Below, one piece after another: positions 31,001 through 39,084 of a stretch of 64,000 nt of DNA; the stretch's first letter is position 1; every line of letters starts with the position of its first letter. Both the position numbers and the translations under genes were made by a program. The DNA is from Planctomycetota bacterium (GTDB lineage Bacteria > Planctomycetota > UBA8108 > SXIK01), in NCBI GenBank assembly GCA_965223265.1, contig OZ244999.1, positions 64,001 through 128,000 on the forward strand. The letters run 5' to 3'. Under the pieces are notes generated by a model. That model worked only from the letters and a program-made list of their open reading frames with translations. It was not told where the DNA came from and made no database searches.

Positions 31001-31041
31001 GGGTATTATTCAATCTGAACGAGTTTGTCTTCGCGGACTGA
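28036..31041 (+). CDS. Planctomycete cytochrome c + DUF1549 + discoidin (F5/8-like) + DUF1553 protein
   Basis: CVECH and CARCH haem motifs, YGERWARHWLD, KWVQVDLG, PSHPELLDWLA, NLNEFVF; start taken as GTG 28036. Confidence 0.88.
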   Translation: MKNLNRLFVALSMVLAILADSGVEGSPEVFFEKTIAPLLSRHCVECHSESTSKGRLALDSVEGLTTGGRRGPVIVAGDPEASRLYRVLVDTKPRMPKNAPPLEASDVDSIRRWIVDGAVWPEGVQLEPEEVDLTDWWSLRPLLRPSIPHASAAVGKTTRNHPIDAFLEAKRHELGLTASPRADRRTLLRRLYFDLIGLPPSPADVRRFLDDTDEGAYERLVDRLLSSPRYGERWARHWLDVAHYADTHGYDKDKPRPNAWPYRDYVVRAFNEDKSYGRFIREQLAGDELYPGTLDGVVALGFVAAGPWDFIGHAEVPETKLDGRVARNLDRDDMVTTAMNVFQSTTVQCARCHDHKFDPVTQQEYYSLQAVFAAVDRADRPYDTDPAILARRQQLQRERTRWIGWLHEFDVTVRERAGARHAELDEALRQARNDIRSRRGARGFHSEISTEQDSVKWVQVDLGAAYVIERVEYVACDDDFNDIGAGFGFPLRYRIELSSDPAFESSVTIVDATTADVPNPGVDVQMAAVAAGTKARYVRVTATKLTARQDGEYVFALAELVVTGRDGSNLANGAEVAASDAISVEKRWRKEYLVDASYPGLNSEKAPSKRRHRLQSELNALRAEIAGESLAADERRVADRLAQIEAELSSLPEPQLVYAATIHHGRGSFRGRGPFGGAPREIRVLYRGDLRTPGPEAIPAAPRFFDEPSGRFELDSAHGESERRAALAEWLADHRNPLTWRSIVNRVWHYHMGRGLVDSPNDFGRMGQRPSHPELLDWLAVEFRDGGQSFKRLHRLIVTSEAYQQSSAADESKTRIDGGNVYLWRMNRRRLEAEATRDSVLAVSGQLNRLMYGPGFRCFVLEKPEHSPHYEYHKHNPADEQTHRRSIYRFIVRSQPDPFMQSLDCVDSSQSVAKRNETLTALQSLALLNNKFMLAMAAEFAARLRAASDVPEEQLRAGYRLALAREPTPEELRDLVEYASVHGLENACRVLFNLNEFVFAD

Positions 31042-31064
31042 TCAGCGAACGGCTGCATTGATTC

Positions 31065-32525
31065 ATGATCGATCGAAGAAGTTTCCTTTGGCAGAGCGGT
31101 GGCGGATTGGGTGGCATCGCACTCTCGTCGATGCTCGGCGCGACGAAGCTCGAAGCGGGTGCAGCCAAGCACGAGAAGCCAGCGCACATACAGCACCACC
31201 CGGCCAAAGCGAAGCGTGTGGTGCAGCTCTTCATGTCGGGTGCCGCGAGTCACGTTGATCTGTTCGACTACAAGCCGCGTCTGATCCGCGACCATGGCAA
31301 GAAATGGGACCCTGGCGAGAAGGTTGAGCTCTTCCAGAATGGACTCGGCCACACGTTCGCGTCGCCGTGGCAGTGGCAGCGCTACGGCAAGTGTGGCAAG
31401 CACCTCACGGAGATCGCGTCGCCGCTCGGCGACTGCGTCGACGATATCGCGTTCGTCCACAACGTCGTCGGCAAGACGGGTGTTCACAGCCAGGCGACTT
31501 ATCTTCATGCCACTGGCTTTCAGCGCCCTGGGTTTCCGGGTGTCGGCTGCTGGGTGAGCTACGCGCTTGGTCATATGAACGCGGATCTACCGACGTTCGT
31601 CGTCCTCCCGGATCACCGTGGTTTTGCTTCCAATGGCCCGAAGAACTGGGGGCCGGCCTTCTTACCAGCGCAGCATCAAGGCACGATTCTGCGCCCGGGC
31701 ACTGAGCGACCGATTCCGGATCTTTTTCCGACTCCAGGCGGGTTCGTTAGCCGCGAGAGTGACCGTGAGGCGTTCTCGATTTTGAAGCGGCTTAATCGAA
31801 GGCACCAGGCGCAGCGCAGTGGCGATTCACGGCTGTCGGCGCGGATCCAGTCATACGAACTTGCGGCCCGCCTCCAGCTGAGCGCCACGGAGGCACTTGA
31901 TATCTCGCAGGAGCCGGCGTACGTGTTGGCAAAGTATGGCCTTGATCACGGCCGCGTGCATTTCGGCGATCGGATCAATCCTGTCGAAGAGACCGATTAC
32001 TTTGGACGTAAGTGTCTGGTTGCGCGCCGTCTGCTCGAGCGTGGTGTACGTTTTGTGCAGATCTGGATGGGTAACGACAACAGCCATCCCCGGCGCAATT
32101 GGGATTCGCATGAGTACATCGAGCGTGACCACGGGCCACTCGGTATCGGTATGGCACGCGGCGCAGCAGCGCTGATTTCGGACCTCAAGGAGCGCGGCAT
32201 GCTCGACGACACGATTGTGCACTGGACGACGGAGTTCGGGCGCATGCCGTGCGCGCAGGGCTCGAAGGGGCGCGATCACAACCCGTTCGCCTTCACGAAC
32301 TGGCTCGCCGGTGGCGGCATTCGGGGCGGCGTGAGCTACGGGCCAAGCGACGAGTGGGGTTACAAGCCGCTCGACCGCGACAAACCAACGATGGTGCACG
32401 ACGTCCACGCGACGATGCTGCACCTCCTCGGCATCGATCACGAGCGCCTGACGATGCGTCACAACGGCATCGACCGCCGCCTCACGGACGTCCACGGACA
32501 CGTGATCCGCGATCTCATCGCGTAA
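31065..32525 (+). CDS. DUF1501 domain protein (Tat-like signal)
   Basis: DRRSFL, AKRVVQLFMSG, TEFGRMP, GRDHNP, RLTDVHG. Confidence 0.92.
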   Translation: MIDRRSFLWQSGGGLGGIALSSMLGATKLEAGAAKHEKPAHIQHHPAKAKRVVQLFMSGAASHVDLFDYKPRLIRDHGKKWDPGEKVELFQNGLGHTFASPWQWQRYGKCGKHLTEIASPLGDCVDDIAFVHNVVGKTGVHSQATYLHATGFQRPGFPGVGCWVSYALGHMNADLPTFVVLPDHRGFASNGPKNWGPAFLPAQHQGTILRPGTERPIPDLFPTPGGFVSRESDREAFSILKRLNRRHQAQRSGDSRLSARIQSYELAARLQLSATEALDISQEPAYVLAKYGLDHGRVHFGDRINPVEETDYFGRKCLVARRLLERGVRFVQIWMGNDNSHPRRNWDSHEYIERDHGPLGIGMARGAAALISDLKERGMLDDTIVHWTTEFGRMPCAQGSKGRDHNPFAFTNWLAGGGIRGGVSYGPSDEWGYKPLDRDKPTMVHDVHATMLHLLGIDHERLTMRHNGIDRRLTDVHGHVIRDLIA

Positions 32526-32856
32526 CGCTTAGTCGCGCAGAGCGACTTGTGCGTGGGGATGGAACGAAGCTTGGCAAACTTGTGCACCATGACATCGTCG
32601 GTGGGACATACCCACACGAGTTTGCCGGAGATCAATAGGCGGAAGCGTGGAATCGTTTTTCGCCAAGATCTAAACTCGAGTTCAAGGAAGCCGCTTCGCG
32701 GCAGGCCCGGTTCGTTCAGGCGTTCTGGGTGACGATCGCCGGCCGCCTCGGGCCACCGGTGTGCTCGCTCTGCGGCCCGTTCGATGAGGCGTAAAGGCGT
32801 CGAGGCGTCGATGATGCTCTTTCTGCAGAAAGCAACCTCTCAGAAAGGAGCACGCT

Positions 32857-33765
32857 ATGACGCCTCTTCGCCAAAAGTTTCTCCAGGATCTGGAACTTGC
32901 CGGCCTCGCCGACGGTACCTGCAGGGTCTACGTTTGGGCCGTCGGGCAGCTGGCGAAACACTATCACCAGTCTCCCGATACGCTCTCGGAAACTCAAGTC
33001 CGCGACTATCTTTTCCACCTCAGGCACGAGCGTCAGTTCGCTATCGGGTCCTTGAAAATCGCCTACAGCGCTTTGAGATTTTTCTTCAGACGCACGGTGC
33101 CGCGCGACTGGAAGACGCTGGAGGATTTGCGAACGCCGAAGGAATCCAAGCTGCCAGACGTCCTCAGCGTCGAAGAGGTTCACGAGATCATCGCGGCGAC
33201 CTGCAGCCAGCAGTGGCGCACCTGCTTCTGGATGATCTACTCCCTTGGCCTGAGGATCTCTGAGGGCATCTCGCTCGAAGTGGGAGATGTCGACGCGGCA
33301 CGCTCTTTCGTGCACGTTCGTGGCGGCAAGGGTGCCGCTGACCGCTATGTGCCGCTTCCCCCCGATACTCTCGAAGCGCTGCGCCGCTACTGGAAGACGC
33401 ATCGCAACCCGCGACTTCTTTTCCCCGCCCGCGGCCGCGGGGACAAGCAGGGACGATCGGCCACGCAGCCCGTGTCGAGGAAGACAGCTCAGGCAGCGTT
33501 GCGTCGCGTCGCCACGCAGCTTGGCATCAAGAAACGCGTTTCGCCCCACACTCTGCGCCACAGCTATGCGACACACTTACTCGAGGCTGGTGTCAACCTC
33601 CGTGTTATCCAGAAGTACCTCGGCCACAGGTCGCTCAAGGCTACGTCGATCTACCTGCACCTTACACGTGATGGCGAAGAGCAGGCCCACGCGACGATCA
33701 ACGCGCTCATGGTACGCCCTCGCTCAGAGGAGGGCAAAGCGGCGAGGACGAACGCCGGCCAATAG
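32857..33765 (+). CDS. Site-specific tyrosine recombinase with N-terminal SAM-like domain
   Basis: LGLRISE (R), GGKG (K), HTLRH (HxxR), LGH, TSIY (Y); AAAGGAG RBS. Confidence 0.93.
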   Translation: MTPLRQKFLQDLELAGLADGTCRVYVWAVGQLAKHYHQSPDTLSETQVRDYLFHLRHERQFAIGSLKIAYSALRFFFRRTVPRDWKTLEDLRTPKESKLPDVLSVEEVHEIIAATCSQQWRTCFWMIYSLGLRISEGISLEVGDVDAARSFVHVRGGKGAADRYVPLPPDTLEALRRYWKTHRNPRLLFPARGRGDKQGRSATQPVSRKTAQAALRRVATQLGIKKRVSPHTLRHSYATHLLEAGVNLRVIQKYLGHRSLKATSIYLHLTRDGEEQAHATINALMVRPRSEEGKAARTNAGQ

Positions 33766-33771
33766 CGCACC

Positions 33772-34902
33772 GTGGCGTCGCTTGCGGAGATTTTCACGCG
33801 CTATGGCGAGGAGTATCTGGAGTGTCACGGTTCCAGCGTGCCTCTGCAGCACCGTCGTGTCCTGGCGCTGCTGAGCGCCTGTGGCACTGGCGATCTGGGT
33901 TACGTGCGCTGGCGCTGCGAGAGCTGCGCTCGCTCTCACCGGACGCCCCGCTCGTGCGGCAACCGCCATTGTCCGGGCTGTCAGTCCTCCAAGAACGTGC
34001 GCTGGCTCGCCGAGCAATTACAGCATCGACTCGAGGTGCCCTACTTTCTCCTTACATTCACTCTGCCCGCAACGCTACGACCCTTCGTGCGCTCGCAGCA
34101 GCGTGCCTGCTACCGGGCGCTCTTTCGCGCCGCCGCTGAATCGCTTCAGAAGCTCGCACGCGATCCACGCTTTCTCGGTGCGGCGCGCCTTGGCTTCACC
34201 GCGGTTCTGCACACTTGGGGACGGGCGTTGGCATATCACCCGCACCTGCACGTGTTGGTGCCGGCCGGCGGCTTGAGCGACGATGGTGCGAGCTGGATCA
34301 CCTCGCGCCCCGACTTTCTCGTGCCGGTCAAGGCGCTGTCGAAGATCTTTCGCGCCAAATTCCGCCACGAGCTGCAGCGGGCTGGTCTTCTCAAGGACAT
34401 TGCGCCTGCGGTGTGGACAGAGAACTTCGTCACCGACTCGCGCGCCGTCGGTGACGGCGAGTCGACACTCACGTATCTATCACGCTACGTCTTTCGCGTA
34501 GCGATCTCCAATGCCCGCATCGTCTCCTGCGACGATGGTCGCGTTCGCTTTCGCTGGAAGAAGTCGGGCAGTCGGCGGTGGCGGACCATGGAGCTCGATG
34601 CTCTGGAGTTCATCCGCCGCTTCCTCCAGCACGTCCTACCTCGGGGGCTACAGAAGGTGCGTCACTACGGATTCCTCAGTCCGCAAAGCGCCGTCTCCCT
34701 CCACGAGGTGCGAGTCTTTGTCGCTAGAGTGAACCCTCCCGCCGACGGCGCACAGATTCATTCCGATGCGAACGGAGCCAGGGCGGCGCCATCGACGACG
34801 ACGGACAGTCCCACCGAACACCCCTTCTGCTCGTGCTGCGGGGGCCGGCTACATGTCATTGCGATCGTCTTTCATCGCGTCGGTTTCCGCGACTCCCGGT
34901 AG
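33772..34902 (+). CDS. IS91-family Y2/HUH transposase with zinc-binding domain
   Basis: CESC...SCGNRHCPGC, HTWG...HPHLH (HUH), YLSRY (Y2), FLQHVLP...VRHYG. Confidence 0.93.
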   Translation: MASLAEIFTRYGEEYLECHGSSVPLQHRRVLALLSACGTGDLGYVRWRCESCARSHRTPRSCGNRHCPGCQSSKNVRWLAEQLQHRLEVPYFLLTFTLPATLRPFVRSQQRACYRALFRAAAESLQKLARDPRFLGAARLGFTAVLHTWGRALAYHPHLHVLVPAGGLSDDGASWITSRPDFLVPVKALSKIFRAKFRHELQRAGLLKDIAPAVWTENFVTDSRAVGDGESTLTYLSRYVFRVAISNARIVSCDDGRVRFRWKKSGSRRWRTMELDALEFIRRFLQHVLPRGLQKVRHYGFLSPQSAVSLHEVRVFVARVNPPADGAQIHSDANGARAAPSTTTDSPTEHPFCSCCGGRLHVIAIVFHRVGFRDSR

Positions 34903-35194
34903 AAAGACACCGTGAACACTCTCCCACCGACCGACCCACTGCGCCCGAAAACCCGCCATGCCAACGGCGGGGCGCCCCCGGTCTGCTCCCACAGTGACCA
35001 GCGCGACTGCCAACGCGAGATTCGGTGCGCTCAGCACGTCGCAGACACCGTTCACGCGGTTGATTCCGCTCCTGGGGCTCCCTCGCGTGAGCCTTATCGC
35101 CGCTGCCTCTCCCTCTGACCTCCCCGTCAAATCGAAGCGTTTCCCATCACGTCCGACGGTCGCTCCTGCGGCCAACGAGGAGCCGCGAGGCTCC

Positions 35195-35363
35195 TTGAAC
35201 TCAGGATTTGGACTCGGCTTCGCTCGCCCAAATCCTCATCCAGTTGAACTCAGGATTTGGACTCGGCTTCGCTCGCCCAAATCCTCATCCAGTTTCGCCC
35301 AAATCCTCATCCAGTTGAACTCAGGATTTGGACTCGGCTTCGCTCGCCCAAATCCTCATCCAG
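35195..35363. repeat. Tandem 49-bp hairpin repeat: 3 identical copies plus a 22-bp partial
   Basis: TTGAACTCAGGATTTGGACTCGGCTTCGCTCGCCCAAATCCTCATCCAG at 35195, 35244 and 35315; partial at 35293-35314. Confidence 0.95.
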
Positions 35364-35619
35364 TTTGGCCATTTCGCGCCGGCCTGGCCGGACGAGTTTC
35401 GCGGGAATTCAACGGCCCTTTCGACTTTTTCGTACCCTGAGAACCCTTGTGCATGTTTAAAAACTCCTGTCCGGCCCTTCGGGGAACTCCAGGAGGGCCG
35501 ATGCCCGCGCCCGTCCTCCGCCACGACCCGAGCGGGATCGCGCCCGAGTCGCTCCTTGGCCTCGACGCTCCTGGCGTTCCCAGGCTCGACGCGAAATGGC
35601 CAAACTCGAGCTAAAGCCA

Positions 35620-36627
35620 TCAAGGCTCAATCGCCACCCACTGCGCTGTTTGCCGACTCTCGAGCATCGCTAGGTTCACACGTAGCGTTTGCAGGCCTTC
35701 GGCCAACGTACAGCGCACGTCGCCTTTGCCCTCAAGCGCATCGAGGAAGACGTTGGCCTGGCGTATGAAGCCGTCGTCGCGCTCTGCAGATGCTGTCGCC
35801 TCGACGTTCCACTCACCGCCCGGCTCCGTGATCGACAGCCAGCGCTGGCGGTGCGACTCGAGCCGAACCGTGCCGTGCTCACAGTTGACCGTGATCGTCG
35901 ACTCGTTCGGCGCTTGAAATTGGTTGAGGGCGAACGAGCTCATGACGCCGCTTTGATGCCGCGCGATCGCGTGGACGACATCCTCGACTTCGACGCCGTC
36001 GAGCACCTTGTGCGCGGCGTCGGCGGTGACTCGCGTGATCGGTCCCACCAGCCACTCGACGGCGTTGACGTGATGCGTGAGCGCATCTTGGATGGCTCCG
36101 CCGCCATGTTCGTGGCGCGTGTAGTAGATTTCGCGGTAAGCCGGGCGGTACGTCGGAAAGTTTTGGCCCGACACCGAGACGACTTCAATCGGCTGACCAA
36201 ACCGCCCGGACAGCACAGCTTCGCGCAGTGATTCGATCAGTTCGATCGAGCGGAGTATGTAGGCGACCGCTACCGTCAAGCCTCTTTCTCGCACCAGCGC
36301 CTCAAGCTCTCGAAGGCCTTGCAAGCTTGTCGACAGCGGCTTTTCGATCAGCAGGTGGATGCCCGAGCGTGCCAGGCGCGTCGCTACCTCGATGTGGAGG
36401 TGAGCCGGTACCGCGACCACTGCTGCGTCGAAGGCGTGATGCTCCAACGCTGTCTCGAGATCATTGTAGGCGCCAACCAGAGGGTACCGCGATGAGACAG
36501 CTTGACACTTCTCGGCGTCCAGCTCGCAGATGGCGACTTCCGTTCTCTGCGTCGCCAAGAAACAGCGGGCGTGGCGCTCGCCAATCGAGCCTGCCCCGAT
36601 CACCAAGACGCGCGTGAGTTGTGCCAT
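35620..36627 (-). CDS. Gfo/Idh/MocA family oxidoreductase
   Basis: VIGAGSIG, IEKP, GGGAIQDALTH. Confidence 0.88.
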   Translation of the reverse strand: MAQLTRVLVIGAGSIGERHARCFLATQRTEVAICELDAEKCQAVSSRYPLVGAYNDLETALEHHAFDAAVVAVPAHLHIEVATRLARSGIHLLIEKPLSTSLQGLRELEALVRERGLTVAVAYILRSIELIESLREAVLSGRFGQPIEVVSVSGQNFPTYRPAYREIYYTRHEHGGGAIQDALTHHVNAVEWLVGPITRVTADAAHKVLDGVEVEDVVHAIARHQSGVMSSFALNQFQAPNESTITVNCEHGTVRLESHRQRWLSITEPGGEWNVEATASAERDDGFIRQANVFLDALEGKGDVRCTLAEGLQTLRVNLAMLESRQTAQWVAIEP

Positions 36628-36681
36628 GGGTCGTCGTCCTTCGTTCTCTATCGCTCGGAATTACCAACCGACCGAAATGCG

Positions 36682-37614
36682 TCACGCCAGGGCGTTTTGC
36701 AATCGTTCGAACAGGCGGTCGATGTGCTCGCGAGTCCCCGGGTCGATCTCAAATCCGACCGGGCCCCGCACCACTTGGTTGCGAAAGACGCCCTGCTTGG
36801 CGAGGAGATATTTCTCGACAGCTAGAAAAGCATCGAGGCTCGACTGCAGCGACACGAGCGCGATCAGCGGCGCGGAAATGCGGTCGGCGCGCTCTTCGTC
36901 ACCCGCGACGAGCGCGCGCCACAGGCCGACGTTCGCGTCGACGAGATCGGCGCCAGGCATGGTTCCCGTGACACCGCGGCGAAAACTGTCGACGAGAGCG
37001 AGGCCGCCTGAGCCCTCGAAGACGCGAGCCTTGCCGCCTGTCGTCTCTCGTAGGGCCGTGAGTCGCGGCCCGATGGGATGCGCTTCCGGCTTAAAGCAGA
37101 CGCGATCGGGGCCGTGGTCGACCATGAGGCGCGCCTGAAACTCGACGTTCATGGCGGCACCGACGTAGGCGCTGGCATCCTGCACGATCACCGGGATCGA
37201 TACGGCATTCAGGAGGCGGTCATAGTACTTTCTGAGCTCGCTTTCGAGAGCGCGTGTGGCGACGGGCGGGATTGCCATCACAGCGGTGGCGCCGCACGCT
37301 TCAGCATGACGCGCGTAGCGTTCGGCCACCACGGTGCTCTCCGCGCCGACGCTGACGACGACGGCGCCGCGCGACGCTACGGCGTCACACACGACTGCCG
37401 TGAGTTGTTCGCGCTCATCGCTCGCAAGTCGCAGCACCTCCGACACCATGGCGATGACCACGCCGCTCGCGCCGCGTGAGAAAACCCAGTCGACCTCGCG
37501 GGCGAGCGTGTCGTAGTCGATCGTCTCGTCGTCGTGATACGGCGTCTGCAGCACCGTCAAGACTCCGGCGAGTGCCGTGTTTGCGTCAGTCGATGGTTTC
37601 TTCCCACCACTCAT
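36682..37614 (-). CDS. Dihydrodipicolinate synthase (DHDPS/NAL) family aldolase/dehydratase
   Basis: TPY...IDYDTL, PVIVQD, FKPE Schiff-base Lys region; lacks the GTTGE of DapA. Confidence 0.8.
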   Translation of the reverse strand: MSGGKKPSTDANTALAGVLTVLQTPYHDDETIDYDTLAREVDWVFSRGASGVVIAMVSEVLRLASDEREQLTAVVCDAVASRGAVVVSVGAESTVVAERYARHAEACGATAVMAIPPVATRALESELRKYYDRLLNAVSIPVIVQDASAYVGAAMNVEFQARLMVDHGPDRVCFKPEAHPIGPRLTALRETTGGKARVFEGSGGLALVDSFRRGVTGTMPGADLVDANVGLWRALVAGDEERADRISAPLIALVSLQSSLDAFLAVEKYLLAKQGVFRNQVVRGPVGFEIDPGTREHIDRLFERLQNALA

Positions 37615-37699
37615 GTCTACGCCTCGTCGCAACTCAAGCTATGCATCTGATGTGGTTCATGAATCAAAGGTCGACTCAATCGATCTTGACCTCACGACT

Positions 37700-38704
37700 T
37701 CAGAACCACATCGCCTTGTCGGTGACATTTCGCAGTGGCTCGCCGCGACTGAAGCGACCGATGTTGTCAAGAAGGACGCCGAGATGCCGTTCCGGGATCT
37801 CAGGTGAGCAGCCTGCCATGTGCGGCGTGATGATGACGTTCTCCATCGCCCACAGCGGATGGTCTGACGGCAGCGGCTCGACTTCGAAGACGTCCAGCGC
37901 TGCACCGGCGATCTCGCCCGAGCGCAGCGCCGCCGTGAGATCGGCGAGGTCAACGATGGCCCCGCGACCGATGTTGATCAAATACGCGGTCGACTTCATC
38001 TGCTGGAAAACGCTGGCGCGAAACAGCTTCTCGGTCTCGGGGGTGTGCGGCGCGGCGATGACGACGAAGTCGCTTTGCGCGAGCAGGTCCGGCAGCCGCT
38101 CCGACGTCGTGCCCAAGAACTCGCAGCCCTCGGGAGGCGGCACTTCTTGAGCGTCTACAGCGACGACGCGCAGGTTGAACGCCCGCGCCCGTGTGGCGAT
38201 CTCACGACCGATGGCGCCGAGACCGATGACGCCAAGGCAGTGCGTCGACAGGTGCAGGTGGTTGCGGTCGAGGCCGGTGATTGCGCCCGGACCGCTGACG
38301 AAATTGGTGCGTTCGCTTTCGCCGCCGATCGGTTCCCAGCGCGCCTCGACCTGTTGACGTATGTAAAGATGCAGGTTGCGCGCAAAGCAGATGACGTAGC
38401 CCATCACTTGATCGGCGATGACATCGGAGTAGATGCCGCGCATGTTGGTCAGCGCGCATTCGTGCGCGATCAACTCCGGAAACACGTAGTGCTCAAGGCT
38501 CGCCGTCGCCGACTGCACCCAGCGCAGCCGTTCGGCGCGCGCCAGAAGCGGCGGGGTGATCTTGCCGAACATGGCGTCGGCGTCGACGATGTTGCGCGCC
38601 GCCTCCTCCTCGCTGGCGGCGTTGATCACCTCCAAATCGTCGGCGGCAGCCATGATACGTGCCAGCCGCTCGTCTTCGACAGCGGGGAAGAGGAGCAGTT
38701 TCAT
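37700..38704 (-). CDS. D-2-hydroxyacid dehydrogenase
   Basis: GLGAIG, NIGRG, LDVFEVEP, TPHMAG; start taken as MKLLLFP. Confidence 0.9.
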   Translation of the reverse strand: MKLLLFPAVEDERLARIMAAADDLEVINAASEEEAARNIVDADAMFGKITPPLLARAERLRWVQSATASLEHYVFPELIAHECALTNMRGIYSDVIADQVMGYVICFARNLHLYIRQQVEARWEPIGGESERTNFVSGPGAITGLDRNHLHLSTHCLGVIGLGAIGREIATRARAFNLRVVAVDAQEVPPPEGCEFLGTTSERLPDLLAQSDFVVIAAPHTPETEKLFRASVFQQMKSTAYLINIGRGAIVDLADLTAALRSGEIAGAALDVFEVEPLPSDHPLWAMENVIITPHMAGCSPEIPERHLGVLLDNIGRFSRGEPLRNVTDKAMWF

Positions 38705-39084
38705 GGAAAGGTGGCCCTCGTGGTCTTTCGATTTGTCTTGCTTCCAACGCGTTTGCGTCGTGCGTCCCGTCGGGGCGAAGCGATGACTCTTGCCGCGCGT
38801 CTGCAGTTGTCGACGAATTCTCGTCAGTGTGAAGGAATCGGTCCACGAGTGTACCGTCGACCTGCTCAACTGCCGAAACCAAAAGTGACGATTCCGCGCT
38901 CACGTGACGTCAGAGCTACGCTCCTCCTGGTTCAAAGCGGGTGCCTGCTAGCGATCGGTCGATCGAGTCATCATTCGCTGCCAAGAGTCGGGAAAAACAT
39001 CTGGTCTACTCCGCCGGCATTCTTTAGGCTTCCCTTCAGTTGTCTCCTCGCATGGGCGATCAACGCAAACAGAGGACCTGATCA

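Larger units (their letters stand above)
32681..35363 (+). mobile_element. IS91-like element carrying a tyrosine recombinase (2683 bp), inserted at an AG|TT core
   Basis: Two-gene int + Y2 module; ends defined by empty-site reconstruction; AGTT at both junctions (32679-32682 and 35362-35365). Confidence 0.85.
32675..35610. mobile_element. ~253-bp MITE (32675-32680 + 35364-35610) interrupted by the recombinase/IS91-like element; 21-bp TIRs, 5-bp TSD CTAAA
   Basis: Rejoined left end CTCGAG|TTTGGCCATTTCGCG is the exact reverse complement of 35590-35610; CTAAA at 32670-32674 and 35611-35615. Confidence 0.85.

Noticed and set aside
35195-35363. CRISPR array
   Set aside because: The 49-bp units are directly adjacent with no unique spacers, and there are no cas genes in the window.
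32857-35620. Classical integron (intI plus cassette array)
   Set aside because: The recombinase appears to lack the IntI-specific insertion before HxLRH and is co-oriented with a Y2 transposase. No ORF-attC array is present, and hairpin spacing differs from canonical attC.
36682-37614. dapA assignment
   Set aside because: The GTTGE motif and catalytic Tyr are absent, and the context is catabolic.
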